From positions 1,984,001-2,048,000 of the forward strand of contig CAWDEM010000008.1 in the NCBI GenBank assembly GCA_963801355.1: a DNA stretch of 64,000 bases, read 5' to 3'. This document shows, piece by piece, positions 10,206 to 19,695 of the stretch; the stretch's first letter is position 1, and each line of letters begins with the position of its first letter. The DNA is from Ignavibacteriota bacterium. Its GTDB lineage: Bacteria; Bacteroidota; Ignavibacteria; UBA10030; UBA6906. A program made the translations under genes and the position numbers. The notes beneath the pieces are model-generated. The model was given only the letters and a program-made list of their open reading frames with translations. It had not been told where the DNA came from and did not search any database.

Positions 10206-10420
10206 CGCGCACCTCTATTTCAAAAAGCATCACCCACCAATCTGGCCGCTTCCTCTTGCATCAGGAATCACATGCAAATGTAGCCCGCGGCTCCGGCTTC
10301 CATGTCACGGAAATGTCAAAGGACTTACATATTCTGTTTGGGGAGTACAAGTGGCCTTCGGATGTCCCCCTGGCAGGAAGGTCAGGCTAAAAAGTCCCAG
10401 AATCAAGCCTGGGGAAAACC

Positions 10421-10485
10421 TCAGGCTTTTTTGTAAGGCTTTCTTGTCAGGGAAAAAACTCAGGCTATTTTGTCAGGCTTTTTTC
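10421..10485 (+). repeat. Five tandem degenerate 13-mers (consensus TCAGGCTTTTTTG)
   Basis: Units at 10421, 10434, 10447, 10460, 10473; another in-phase TCAGGCT at 10382. Confidence 0.8.
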
Positions 10486-10516
10486 TATGTCCCAGGCTTC
10501 ATTTTATGTCCAATAC

Positions 10517-10533
10517 TTGACGAATCTTTGACA
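10517..10533 (+). promoter_or_regulatory. TTGAC-N6-TTGAC direct repeat (OmpR/PhoB-type box and/or -35 element)
   Basis: TTGACGAATCTTTGACA, 11-bp spacing, about 55 nt upstream of the UbiA gene. Confidence 0.45.
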
Positions 10534-10587
10534 ACCCTCCCCCCCGGAACGCCTAATTTATCATCAGGAAATTAGAGGAGCTCAGCA

Positions 10588-11547
10588 ATGGAATCTCAAA
10601 TCACCACCCTCCGCGCTATGTGGATCACCATGCGCCCGTATCTGCTATTCGTTTCAGGGATTACGGGTATCGCCGGAATGGCGCTCAGCTCCACTACATC
10701 GGCTTTGCCGCTCTTCTCTGTATTCATCGCGTCATTCTTTGCCTACGGCTTTGGCCAGGCACTCACCGATTGCTTCCAGACCGACACCGATTCGATCTCT
10801 GCCCCTTACCGGCCGCTCGCAGCCGGTAAAGTCTCGCGCACGGCCATTCTCGTCATGAGCCTCCTCGGCCTCACAGCATGCGTCACCATTCTGGCCCTCA
10901 GAAATCCCTGGAACCTCGCCATCGGTCTCACAGGCGCCGCTGGACTCGCAACGTATACCACATTCAAACGGCGCTGGTGGGGTGGACCCTGGTACAATGC
11001 CTGGATCGTGGCCGGTCTTTGTGTCATGGGATTTCTCGGCGCAAACGGCGAAACACCGGCCCTGTTTCCGGCCGCCTTTCTCCCTATGCTTGCCACCGTC
11101 TTCTTCGGCTACGCCAACTTCGTCCTTTCAGGATATTTCAAGGACATCCGGGCTGATGCTGCCACCGGGTACTTGACATTTCCCGTGACCTTCGGGCGCC
11201 GGCCAGCCGCGATCGCCAGCGACCTTCTCGCCGTGCTCTTCCTGGCCTCGTCGGTCTGGGTCGCCATCATTGTGCTGGGCTCGACACAGCCCGAATCTTC
11301 TCATTTTTGGGCGCTGATCTTCGCCGTCCCCGGTGTCACGTATCTCGTGACTGCACAGATCCGGCTCCACCGGAATCGCACGGATCAGGAGGCATACGCG
11401 CCAATCCTCCGCGTGGTCCACGCATACATACTTGTCCTTTCTGCGCTGGCCTCGCTGCTGCATCCGGGATGGACTGTACTGCTTGTCATCCACTACACTC
11501 TCTTTGTTTTCGTTCTCTCCCGCCGCCCGGAGGTATCACAGATATGA
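10588..11547 (+). CDS. UbiA-family prenyltransferase (DGGGP/chlorophyll synthase-like)
   Basis: MRP start; variant Asp-rich motif TDCFQTDTD..RPLAAG; second motif KDIRAD..GYLTFPV.FG; many TM helices; GAGGAG RBS. Confidence 0.85.
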   Translation: MESQITTLRAMWITMRPYLLFVSGITGIAGMALSSTTSALPLFSVFIASFFAYGFGQALTDCFQTDTDSISAPYRPLAAGKVSRTAILVMSLLGLTACVTILALRNPWNLAIGLTGAAGLATYTTFKRRWWGGPWYNAWIVAGLCVMGFLGANGETPALFPAAFLPMLATVFFGYANFVLSGYFKDIRADAATGYLTFPVTFGRRPAAIASDLLAVLFLASSVWVAIIVLGSTQPESSHFWALIFAVPGVTYLVTAQIRLHRNRTDQEAYAPILRVVHAYILVLSALASLLHPGWTVLLVIHYTLFVFVLSRRPEVSQI

Positions 11548-12470
11548 TGATTCTGCTCAATCCACGGGCAGCGGGAGGAAAGGCGCCGGAAAAATGGCGC
11601 AGGATCTCTGCAGTCCTCCCACCCCACCGGGAGAGAATTGAATTTTGTTTTCTGAATTCGCACACGGACGTGGACGAGCTCGTGGAAAGAGCTGCCAAGC
11701 AGGGAGAATTGCACTATGTTGCCGCCGGAGGGGACGGGACAGTCAATGCTGTGGTCAACGCCCTCATGCGCCTTCCAGACGGACTGCGCAAGCGGGTTGT
11801 GTTCGGGGCCGTAGGACTGGGTTCCAGCAACGACTTTCACAAGCCTTTTGACACCGACCATACCATCGAAGGTGTCCCTGCAAGGTTGAACTTCGCGCGT
11901 CCAACATGGCGCGATGTCGTCCGCGTGGGAACCTCATTCAACGGCCAATCGTCTGTGCACTATTTCCTGATCAATGCAAGTGCAGGTATTGCAGCCGAAG
12001 GGAATGCCCTTTTCAACAAACCGGATTTCCTTCTGGCATGGTTGAAGATGCATGCTACGCCGCTGGCGATCCTGTATGCTGCGCTTCGTGCACTTGCATT
12101 CCACCGGAACCGTCCGCTCACCATCGAATCACCGGGGCATCCGGCGCAGCAATACCGCCTGACAAATCTCGGCATCGTCAAGAATCCTCATTTCTCGGGC
12201 TCACTGCGCTACGATATGCCGGCTCTCTATGACAACGGCAGCATGGGCGTGTTCGTAGCAGAAGAGATGAACCTGTGTGAACGCATTCGTCTCCTCCGGG
12301 CCCTATCATGTGGCGACTTCGGCCGCCTTGCGAAAACGCACACATGGCAGGCTTCTCATTTGACCATTGCAGCTCCGTCATGCTTTCCCCTGGAGCTTGA
12401 CGGTGAAATCCATCAGGCCAGTCGCGCCGAATTTTCCGTATTGCCCCGAATCCTACAGGTGTGCTCATGA
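11544..12470 (+). CDS. Diacylglycerol/sphingosine kinase family (YegS/DgkB-like)
   Basis: LNPRAAGG, AAGGDGTVN, LGSSNDF, LELDGE motifs; ATGA overlap with the UbiA stop. Confidence 0.9.
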   Translation: MMILLNPRAAGGKAPEKWRRISAVLPPHRERIEFCFLNSHTDVDELVERAAKQGELHYVAAGGDGTVNAVVNALMRLPDGLRKRVVFGAVGLGSSNDFHKPFDTDHTIEGVPARLNFARPTWRDVVRVGTSFNGQSSVHYFLINASAGIAAEGNALFNKPDFLLAWLKMHATPLAILYAALRALAFHRNRPLTIESPGHPAQQYRLTNLGIVKNPHFSGSLRYDMPALYDNGSMGVFVAEEMNLCERIRLLRALSCGDFGRLAKTHTWQASHLTIAAPSCFPLELDGEIHQASRAEFSVLPRILQVCS

Positions 12471-13519
12471 TGCAACAGATACATGAAAATAGCTTCATCG
12501 CCCGTCTGGCATCATTCCTGCCTCATCAGCCGGCTCAGCTGAACGGTCTCCAGGAAAGCGATGCCGAGTTAATACGATTGCCCGGGGATGCACATCACAT
12601 CCTCGCCGTCACCACAGACGCAATAGTTGAAGAAATCGAGGCCGGTCTCTATGCCGACCCCTACCTCATCGGCTGGATGACCGTGATGTCAAATCTGAGC
12701 GATCTCGCGGCCGTCGGCGCGGAATCGATCGGACTCCTCGTGGCTGAGACACTCCCGCACGATGCTGCCGAGGAGGATCTCATAGCCCTCCAGACTGGGA
12801 TCCGCGATGCGTGCGTACGGTGTGGCACCTTCGTCCTGGGAGGAGACACCAACTTCAGCGACAGCTTCCGTACGACGGGAACGGCAATGGGGCTGATAAC
12901 GAATGGTTCACCTCTTATGCGCGTCCGATGTGCACCGGGCGAGATCCTGTACTGTACCGGCCGCCTCGGCACCGGGAATGCCTACGCCGCTCGCCAGCTC
13001 TCCGGAGACACACATCCAAATCCCACACTTTATCGCCCGGTCGCCCGCCTGCGGGAAGGCCTCTCTCTCCGCTCCGTTGCTTCCACCTGCATGGATTCCA
13101 GTGACGGCCTGTTTGCATCGCTCGATCAGCTCGGGCGGCTCAACAACTGCGGATTTCAATTGGAGATCGGGTGGGAGAACCAAATAGCGGATGAGGCGTC
13201 ACGTTTCGCAATGAGTTCCGGCCTGGATCCCTGGATGCTCTTTGCCGGTCCTCACGGAGAGTTCGAGCTGGTGTTCACAGTCCCGGAACCCCTTGTCGCG
13301 ACATTGCATCTGGCCGCCGCCAGGGCGGGATGGACTCCCATCCGGCTTGGTGTTGTGAGCGAAAACGCCGGTATCGGTCTGGGAGACTGGGGTCATTTTG
13401 ACCCGGAAGCCCTTGCTGCAATCAGAAACCACCATCTTCGTAGTAGTGCTGAAGTCCGCGCATTTCCTCGTTTTTTGGCAGTTCTGGCGGAAGGATGCAG
13501 GAATTCGACTGAAGGATGA
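12467..13519 (+). CDS. ThiL/AIR-synthase superfamily kinase (divergent thiamine-monophosphate kinase-like)
   Basis: TTDAIVE, SNLSDLAAVGA, VLGGDTN, MDSSDGL, GEFELVFT; ATGA overlap. Confidence 0.82.
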   Translation: MMQQIHENSFIARLASFLPHQPAQLNGLQESDAELIRLPGDAHHILAVTTDAIVEEIEAGLYADPYLIGWMTVMSNLSDLAAVGAESIGLLVAETLPHDAAEEDLIALQTGIRDACVRCGTFVLGGDTNFSDSFRTTGTAMGLITNGSPLMRVRCAPGEILYCTGRLGTGNAYAARQLSGDTHPNPTLYRPVARLREGLSLRSVASTCMDSSDGLFASLDQLGRLNNCGFQLEIGWENQIADEASRFAMSSGLDPWMLFAGPHGEFELVFTVPEPLVATLHLAAARAGWTPIRLGVVSENAGIGLGDWGHFDPEALAAIRNHHLRSSAEVRAFPRFLAVLAEGCRNSTEG

Positions 13520-13586
13520 CAAAACGGTGACATCTCCCCGCCCCCCATGGCGTAACTTGCAGTAGTTACACAACGGGAGATCGAAC

Positions 13587-14906
13587 ATGAAGACCGATGG
13601 TGTCTATCAGGGTGGAGAGAATTTCGACCTACGCGACGTCCTGCTGAAAGGACGATCGCTTCCCCTTTCCGAGCGAACCGCCTTTTTCCAGAGTTTCCTG
13701 CAGGATGTGAGGCAGCGTGAAGAAAACCTCTGTATGCGGTGCCTCACCTCGCCCTCAGACCGCGAAGTCACGATTCTGGATCCCTCGTCAGGTACCGAAC
13801 GGAAGATGCTCATGTTCGGCTCAAACAACTATTTGGGCCTTGCCACACACCCACATGTCATCCGGCAGACGGCAGCGGCGGTGCAGAGGTATGGCGCGGG
13901 TTTGGGCGGGCCGCCACTCCTCAACGGATATACCGCGCTGCACCGGGAGCTCGAAGAGCGCCTCGCCGCACTGAAGGGAACAGAGGATGCGATGATTTAC
14001 TCGAGCGGTTATGGCGCAAATGTCGGCCTGGTGTCCGGGTTGACGGGAAAGTCGGATATCATATTGTACGACGCCTACAGCCATGCGTCCTTCTGCGATG
14101 GCATTGCACTGTCCGGTGCACAATCGTTTCTCTTCTCGCACAACGATCTCTCGCATCTGACCATGTTGCTGGATCGTGCCCGCACCCGTCCGCATAACGA
14201 CATCTACGTCGGCGTGGAAGGTGTCTATTCGATGGATGGGGATCTGGCGCCGCTGAACAGAATCCTCGAGCTCTGTGATGCCTATGGGGCACATCTGATG
14301 CTTGATGACGCTCACGGCACAGGGGTGTTGGGAGGACACGGAAGAGGCAGCGCCGAACAGGCCGGGGTGGAAGGCCGTATTCCGATGACGATGGGAACAT
14401 TCAGCAAAGCATTCTCGGCCACGGGAGGATTCGTGGCTGCAAGCAAAGCAATCATCGATTACCTCAGGTACTTTGCGCGGTCGTATATGTTCTCTGCCTC
14501 GTTGCCGCCCGCAACGGTCGCAACGGTCATCGCCGGATTGGATGTCCTGGAACGTGAACCTGAAAGACTCCTGCGTCTCCACGAGAACGTAACATATGCC
14601 GCACAGCACCTCAGGAGGATGGGATTTGCCACTCCCGCGCAATCGGCAATTCTCCCTCTTCGCGTGCCGCAGGGGATGGACATTCGTCAGGCTTCCAGGG
14701 TATTCCATGAGAGGGGTATCTTCGTCAACTCTATCGAGTACCCTGCTGTCCCCGTATCCCAGCAGCGATTCCGCATCAGCATGATGGCAACGCACACGCA
14801 CGAGGATATTGACCGCCTGCTCGCGGTTGTCGAAGAAGTCTGGTCACTCCAGCGCCATGACATGAGGGAGGTTGCAGATGAAGCACATCAGCGCAATGCC
14901 GCATGA
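13587..14906 (+). CDS. PLP-dependent alpha-oxoamine synthase (serine palmitoyltransferase/AONS family)
   Basis: FGSNNYLGL, SHASFCDG, EGVYSMDGD, DDAHG, GTFSKA (PLP Lys), FSASLPP, YPAVP..RFRIS. Confidence 0.9.
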   Translation: MKTDGVYQGGENFDLRDVLLKGRSLPLSERTAFFQSFLQDVRQREENLCMRCLTSPSDREVTILDPSSGTERKMLMFGSNNYLGLATHPHVIRQTAAAVQRYGAGLGGPPLLNGYTALHRELEERLAALKGTEDAMIYSSGYGANVGLVSGLTGKSDIILYDAYSHASFCDGIALSGAQSFLFSHNDLSHLTMLLDRARTRPHNDIYVGVEGVYSMDGDLAPLNRILELCDAYGAHLMLDDAHGTGVLGGHGRGSAEQAGVEGRIPMTMGTFSKAFSATGGFVAASKAIIDYLRYFARSYMFSASLPPATVATVIAGLDVLEREPERLLRLHENVTYAAQHLRRMGFATPAQSAILPLRVPQGMDIRQASRVFHERGIFVNSIEYPAVPVSQQRFRISMMATHTHEDIDRLLAVVEEVWSLQRHDMREVADEAHQRNAA

Positions 14907-16308
14907 TCGGAAGAAACTCCTGATCATTGTCCTCTTTCAAAATCTTGGAGAAGACAACCCGTACTACGCACAGAGTCCTGCGCCGCCATTGCCCGGGATT
15001 CTCCTGGCTGCTCTCACGCCGGATATTGTGGACATCGAAGTCCTGCACGAGATGGTCCGCCCGATCGATTACAGCACCGATGCTGATTTCATCGCGCTCA
15101 GTTTCATGGACTACCTTTCGCCACACGCATACGACGTGGCTGCCCGGTTCCGGGCAATGGGAAAGGTTGTGGTCGGCGGAGGGAAATACGCGTCCACGTT
15201 TCCTGATGAAGTACAACCGCACTTTCATGCAATCCTCGTGGGAGAAGCACAGGAAGTGTGGCCGCAGATGGTCAGCGATATGGTCAACGGCACGCTCAAG
15301 GAACGGTACGAGGCGTCGGCATCACCGTCACTCGAGAATATACCCCCGCCCCGCTACGACCTTGTCGAGAAAGTGTATGCGACGCCCATCGTCACGGAAG
15401 CCACGCGAGGCTGCCCGCATCCCTGCACATACTGCCAGCTGAACATCAAGCGGATGCCCTTCCGCCAACGCCCGATTGCGGACGTCGTCCGTGACCTTTC
15501 AGCGACACAAGGCCTGCCGTGGTACAAGCGGAAAATGGCGATGCTATTGGATAACAATCTCGGCGGGGATCTTACCTACGCCAAGCAGCTGTTGCGTGCA
15601 ATTGCAGGGCTCCGGCTCTGGGGACTGGGCGTGCAGTTCAGCATCGAGTGCCTGCGGGATGATGATTTCATCGAGGCCCTGGCAGAGGCACGCTGCCGCA
15701 TGGCATTCATCGGCATGGAATCTCTTGAACCGAAGAGTCTCGCCGCCGTACAAAAGCGACAGAACAACGTCATGGAGTACCGGTCGATGTTTGAGCGGCT
15801 CCATCGGCGGGGAATACTGACATTTACCGGGTACATGTTTGCACTCGACGAAGACACGACGGAATACTACGACCGGCTCCCCGCACTTCTTGAAGAGGTC
15901 GGGACAACCGTGATCCTGCCGTCCATCGCCATCCCGCTGTACGGCACACCGCTGTACAGGACGGTCGTCGGCGAAGGACGTCTTGTTGACCGGGACCTGT
16001 CGCATTACGAGGGTGACCACATCGTATTCCGGCATAAGCATCTGAGCGAAACTCAGATCCATGAAGCGTATGCCCGGGTCACGATGGGCTTCTACGGCTG
16101 GAAGAACATTCTGAGCCGCTGGGCAAGGTTCATGGGAAAGCAGGAGAAACGGGGATCATGGCGCGCATTTGTCCTCCAACTTCTCATTCTCACATTCATT
16201 TACACGAAGCTGTCGATATTCCAGCGGCACCATGCATTGGTAAGAATCACAGGTGCAAGGAAAGAGGCGGAACCAGCAAGGAAGCAGGAAGAAAAGTTGG
16301 CGGCGTAG
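14878..16308 (+). CDS. B12-binding-domain radical SAM enzyme
   Basis: Cobalamin-binding-like N-terminus (VVVGG..A..P..V..GEA); RGCPHPCTYC; FIGMES; GTPLY. Start could alternatively be 14896. Confidence 0.88.
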   Translation: MKHISAMPHDRKKLLIIVLFQNLGEDNPYYAQSPAPPLPGILLAALTPDIVDIEVLHEMVRPIDYSTDADFIALSFMDYLSPHAYDVAARFRAMGKVVVGGGKYASTFPDEVQPHFHAILVGEAQEVWPQMVSDMVNGTLKERYEASASPSLENIPPPRYDLVEKVYATPIVTEATRGCPHPCTYCQLNIKRMPFRQRPIADVVRDLSATQGLPWYKRKMAMLLDNNLGGDLTYAKQLLRAIAGLRLWGLGVQFSIECLRDDDFIEALAEARCRMAFIGMESLEPKSLAAVQKRQNNVMEYRSMFERLHRRGILTFTGYMFALDEDTTEYYDRLPALLEEVGTTVILPSIAIPLYGTPLYRTVVGEGRLVDRDLSHYEGDHIVFRHKHLSETQIHEAYARVTMGFYGWKNILSRWARFMGKQEKRGSWRAFVLQLLILTFIYTKLSIFQRHHALVRITGARKEAEPARKQEEKLAA

Positions 16309-16414
16309 GTCCGACCCCAACCGATTGATGATTGTCACTAGTCTATTGACTATTGACAAGTGGTCCGGGTCTGACCCCTTGTGCATGGGGAAGACATAGG
16401 GGTTTGACCCCTAT
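16308..16414. repeat. Three GGGTCTGACCCC-like REP-type palindromes in a convergent intergenic gap
   Basis: GGTCCGACCCC 16308, GGGTCTGACCCC 16367, ATAGGGGTTTGACCCCTAT 16396. Confidence 0.55.
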
Positions 16415-17091
16415 TTTTGAAATTTGTACCCTGCTGTATGCACCGTGATAATGTGCCTGGGTTTCGTCGCATCGTCCTCGAGTTTCTTCCGGAGAGCCAG
16501 GATATAATTGTCGACCGTCCGTGTCGTGGGAAAGGTTTCGTACCCCCACACCTGGTTCAGCAGCATGCCACGCGTGACCACTTCTCCCTCGTGCTGCACG
16601 AGAAACTTCAGCACTGAGTATTCGCGCACGGAGAGCTTTACCTTCCTTCCTTTCCGCGTCGCCTCCTGTCGGACGAAGTCGACTTCCACCTCTCCGAATG
16701 AGCACGTTTCAATGTCCTTCGTCAATCCCCCCTTACGCCTCAGAAGGGCCCTGACCCGGGCGAGCAGTTCGCGGACGGAAAACGGCTTCGTCATATAGTC
16801 ATCGGCACCCATTTCCAGCCCGAGCACCTTGTCCATCTCCATCCCCTTGGACGTGAGCATCATAATCGGGGTGGATACGCCGCTCCCGCGCAGCTCTTTG
16901 CACACATCCTCCCCGTTGATGTCCGGAAGACCCAGATCCAGGATGATCAGGTCGACGTGTTCATTGCGTCCCAGGGCAAGACCGCGTGCGCCGTTGGGAG
17001 CCGTCAGAACCGTGTAGTGTTCCTTCTCCAGAACGTCCTGCAGCCCCAGCTGAATGGAAGCATCATCTTCAACGATGAGTATGGTCTTCAT
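16411..17091 (-). CDS. OmpR/PhoB-family response regulator
   Basis: ILIVEDD, LDLGLP, GADDYMTKPF; winged helix RTVDNYILALRKKLE..GYKF. Confidence 0.95.
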   Translation of the reverse strand: MKTILIVEDDASIQLGLQDVLEKEHYTVLTAPNGARGLALGRNEHVDLIILDLGLPDINGEDVCKELRGSGVSTPIMMLTSKGMEMDKVLGLEMGADDYMTKPFSVRELLARVRALLRRKGGLTKDIETCSFGEVEVDFVRQEATRKGRKVKLSVREYSVLKFLVQHEGEVVTRGMLLNQVWGYETFPTTRTVDNYILALRKKLEDDATKPRHIITVHTAGYKFQK

Positions 17092-17092
17092 G

Positions 17093-19603
17093 TCAGCGGG
17101 AATCCCTCTTGTTGGTGGGACTTCGTTTGCGGGCCTTCTTGACCGTTGGCGGGAGGGGAAACACCAGGGTGAATGTGCTCCCCTTTTCCGGCACACTACG
17201 GACTTCAATCTTTCCCCCGTGTGCATCCATGATGTGCCTCACGACGGAGAGCCCCAATCCGACTCCTTGAATGCGCCTGGGCAGTGACGGGTCGCGGTAG
17301 AACTTCTGAAAGAGGTGCGGCATCACCCCGGCAGGTATTCCGCGTCCGAAATCCTTCACGCTGCACAACACCGTCTTGCCCGTCCTGCCGACGGTGATAC
17401 AGATCTTTTTCTTGTCGCCCGAATACTTCATGGCATTCGTCAGCAGGTTCAGCAGCGCCTCCCTGACCGCGTCCGGATCGGCATTGATCCGGTAGGCATC
17501 AGGCGACTTGCTCCGCCCGTCCCGCGCGACGTCAAGAACAACGCTGTACTGTTCCTTTGCCAGTTGATACTTCATCGTCTGGAGGGTCTCACGGACAAGA
17601 GCATCCAGCCGCACGTTCTGCATGGTGTACTGTTGTTCTCCCTGGTCGATTTTGGACGAGTCCAGAATGGTATTCACCATGCGGTGCAATCGATCTGATT
17701 CGCCTTCAATGATGCGCACATATTCCCGGGCACGCCGGTCGCCGCGGGGGAGCCGTTCCGCAAGGAGTTCGGCAAACATCCTGATGGAGGTCAGCGGCGT
17801 GCGCAGCTCATGAGAGACATACGAAACGAAATCGGACTTCATGACGTTCAGCCGCTGCAGACGGCCGGCTTCATCACTCTTCTCCATCACCGCGCGCTGG
17901 AGCAGGATGCGCTCCATTTCCGCACCCCCCTGCATCGCAAGGTTGCCGAGCAAATCCACATCCTCGCTGGTAAACACCGTACCGGCCTTCTTCCGACCCA
18001 GGAGCAGCATCCCGCGCAATTGCCGGTTGGCACGAATCACGGGGCAGACAAGAGCCAGCTGACATTCTTCAAGGAGTGATGCATCAGCTTCACGATGGGA
18101 GACTCCCGGCTCGATCGCACCGGGGAGTCCGAGAAGTATCCCCCCGGCTTCCTCGGCATGCCGTTTCAGCACCGCGAGGCGATCCGGTGGTCCTGTCTCA
18201 ATCCCCCGCGCGCCGATGAGGCGCAATGCACCGTCGTGATCCACGAGCAGGAATCCGATCCGTTCCACCGGCAGCAGCGTATCGATGCGCTCCACGATCA
18301 GATTCCCCAGATCGTCGACCGTCGCGCATGTCTTCACGTCCCCCTGAAATCTGCGGGCCGCCTGCCGGAAATCGTACCGCACGCGGAAGAATCGTCGATC
18401 CACAGCCTGTTGCACAACCCGGCGCGTCGGCTCGAACAGCAGAGCGAGCACGATCGCCGCCCCCGCAGAAATACCCAGCGACCATCCATACGTGGCATGG
18501 GACACCACTGCAGCTAATCCTCCCACGATGCCCATGTAGACCAGCACCACCATCGCCATGACCGTGCCATAGACCAGACTGCGATTGAGCAGCAGATCAA
18601 TGTCCATGATATGGTATTTGATGATGGAGATGCCGAAGGCCACCGGGATGATACCGGAGGCCAGCAGCATGACCGACTCAGGAACGAGCCCGTAACTCAA
18701 CACCATGGAAGGAATGATCCAAAGCAGGACAAAGGGCAGGAAACCGACGAACATCCCCCAGACCACCCAGCGGAGTTTTCTCCGTTCCGGTTCCTCGCCG
18801 GCTCTGAGGTACGACTGACGTATTGCCCAGAGTCCCCCGGCAACCAGCACAATAAGAAACACCCGTGTGGCACTAAACCACTGGAGGTGCGTGTGGAATG
18901 CGTCGATAGAGTTGCCAGACCAGGCCTGCATGAAGGACATGCCGCTGCCGGTGGCGAGAATGATCGCGGCGCCGTACAAGGGGATGATCAGTCTTCTTCC
19001 CGGTGTTGTGCTGGGGCGAGGAAAGAGGCGCGTCAGATGGAAAAATGCAACCGGGATGAAAGCATACATTGCAGAGAACACAACGCGGACAAGCACTCCG
19101 AGGAAGGCGGGAGCGGTTACGTAGGAACCCCACGTCGTGGAAAGCTGCACCGCCGTGGCAACAGATCCGAAGTGATAGACGAGTGCGGCGGGATCCCCGG
19201 GTTTCTTCCAGACAACGATTAGTCCGACGCCGAAGAAAAGGGTGCTGACGAGGATCACTGACAGGAGGTAAAAAGGGCCGTAGTAATGCTGCAGAACAGC
19301 CTGTTCGATGCGCGGCCCGGTTGCGCCGGCGATGCTCAGGGTCACGGTATCGCCTATCCGGCAACCGTCCAACACAAACTCCAGATCATCCACATACTTC
19401 AGGGGGTGCCCGTTCACGGCGAGGAGGGCCTCACCATCGCGCATCTGTTTTGTGAAAGACTCCCCGGTGACCCTGGTGCAAAAGACGGTATCATTCCAGG
19501 CGCTGATGACAATGGGCAGTCCGGGCTTCGCATTGATCTGCACAATGCCCGCACAACAGAGGATGAAAGCGACGACATCGATCAGGACAATCAGAATGCG
19601 CAT
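17093..19603 (-). CDS. Multi-TM sensor histidine kinase (PDZ-like, multi-TM, GAF, HisKA, HATPase)
   Basis: VSHELRTPL H-box, NLLTNAMKY, DFGRGI, GVGLGL; GAF-like LGRKKAG..FTSEDVDLL. Confidence 0.9.
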   Translation of the reverse strand: MRILIVLIDVVAFILCCAGIVQINAKPGLPIVISAWNDTVFCTRVTGESFTKQMRDGEALLAVNGHPLKYVDDLEFVLDGCRIGDTVTLSIAGATGPRIEQAVLQHYYGPFYLLSVILVSTLFFGVGLIVVWKKPGDPAALVYHFGSVATAVQLSTTWGSYVTAPAFLGVLVRVVFSAMYAFIPVAFFHLTRLFPRPSTTPGRRLIIPLYGAAIILATGSGMSFMQAWSGNSIDAFHTHLQWFSATRVFLIVLVAGGLWAIRQSYLRAGEEPERRKLRWVVWGMFVGFLPFVLLWIIPSMVLSYGLVPESVMLLASGIIPVAFGISIIKYHIMDIDLLLNRSLVYGTVMAMVVLVYMGIVGGLAAVVSHATYGWSLGISAGAAIVLALLFEPTRRVVQQAVDRRFFRVRYDFRQAARRFQGDVKTCATVDDLGNLIVERIDTLLPVERIGFLLVDHDGALRLIGARGIETGPPDRLAVLKRHAEEAGGILLGLPGAIEPGVSHREADASLLEECQLALVCPVIRANRQLRGMLLLGRKKAGTVFTSEDVDLLGNLAMQGGAEMERILLQRAVMEKSDEAGRLQRLNVMKSDFVSYVSHELRTPLTSIRMFAELLAERLPRGDRRAREYVRIIEGESDRLHRMVNTILDSSKIDQGEQQYTMQNVRLDALVRETLQTMKYQLAKEQYSVVLDVARDGRSKSPDAYRINADPDAVREALLNLLTNAMKYSGDKKKICITVGRTGKTVLCSVKDFGRGIPAGVMPHLFQKFYRDPSLPRRIQGVGLGLSVVRHIMDAHGGKIEVRSVPEKGSTFTLVFPLPPTVKKARKRSPTNKRDSR

Positions 19604-19695
19604 GGGCGAATATACGCATTCATTTGGTCCTCCGCCAGCACATTGCATTTACACCTCTTTTTCGGTATACTATGCCCGAATTTTCCCCGGAGACA

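Noticed and set aside
10411-10488. Possible CRISPR array or oriC 13-mer unwinding element
   Set aside because: No unique spacers or cas genes; no DnaA boxes or dnaA noticed nearby.
13821-14801. 326-aa antisense ORF in the oxoamine synthase gene
   Set aside because: No recognisable domain; codon-bias shadow.
12467-14906. Assigning thiL and bioF symbols
   Set aside because: Motif deviations and the lipid-enzyme context make canonical function uncertain.
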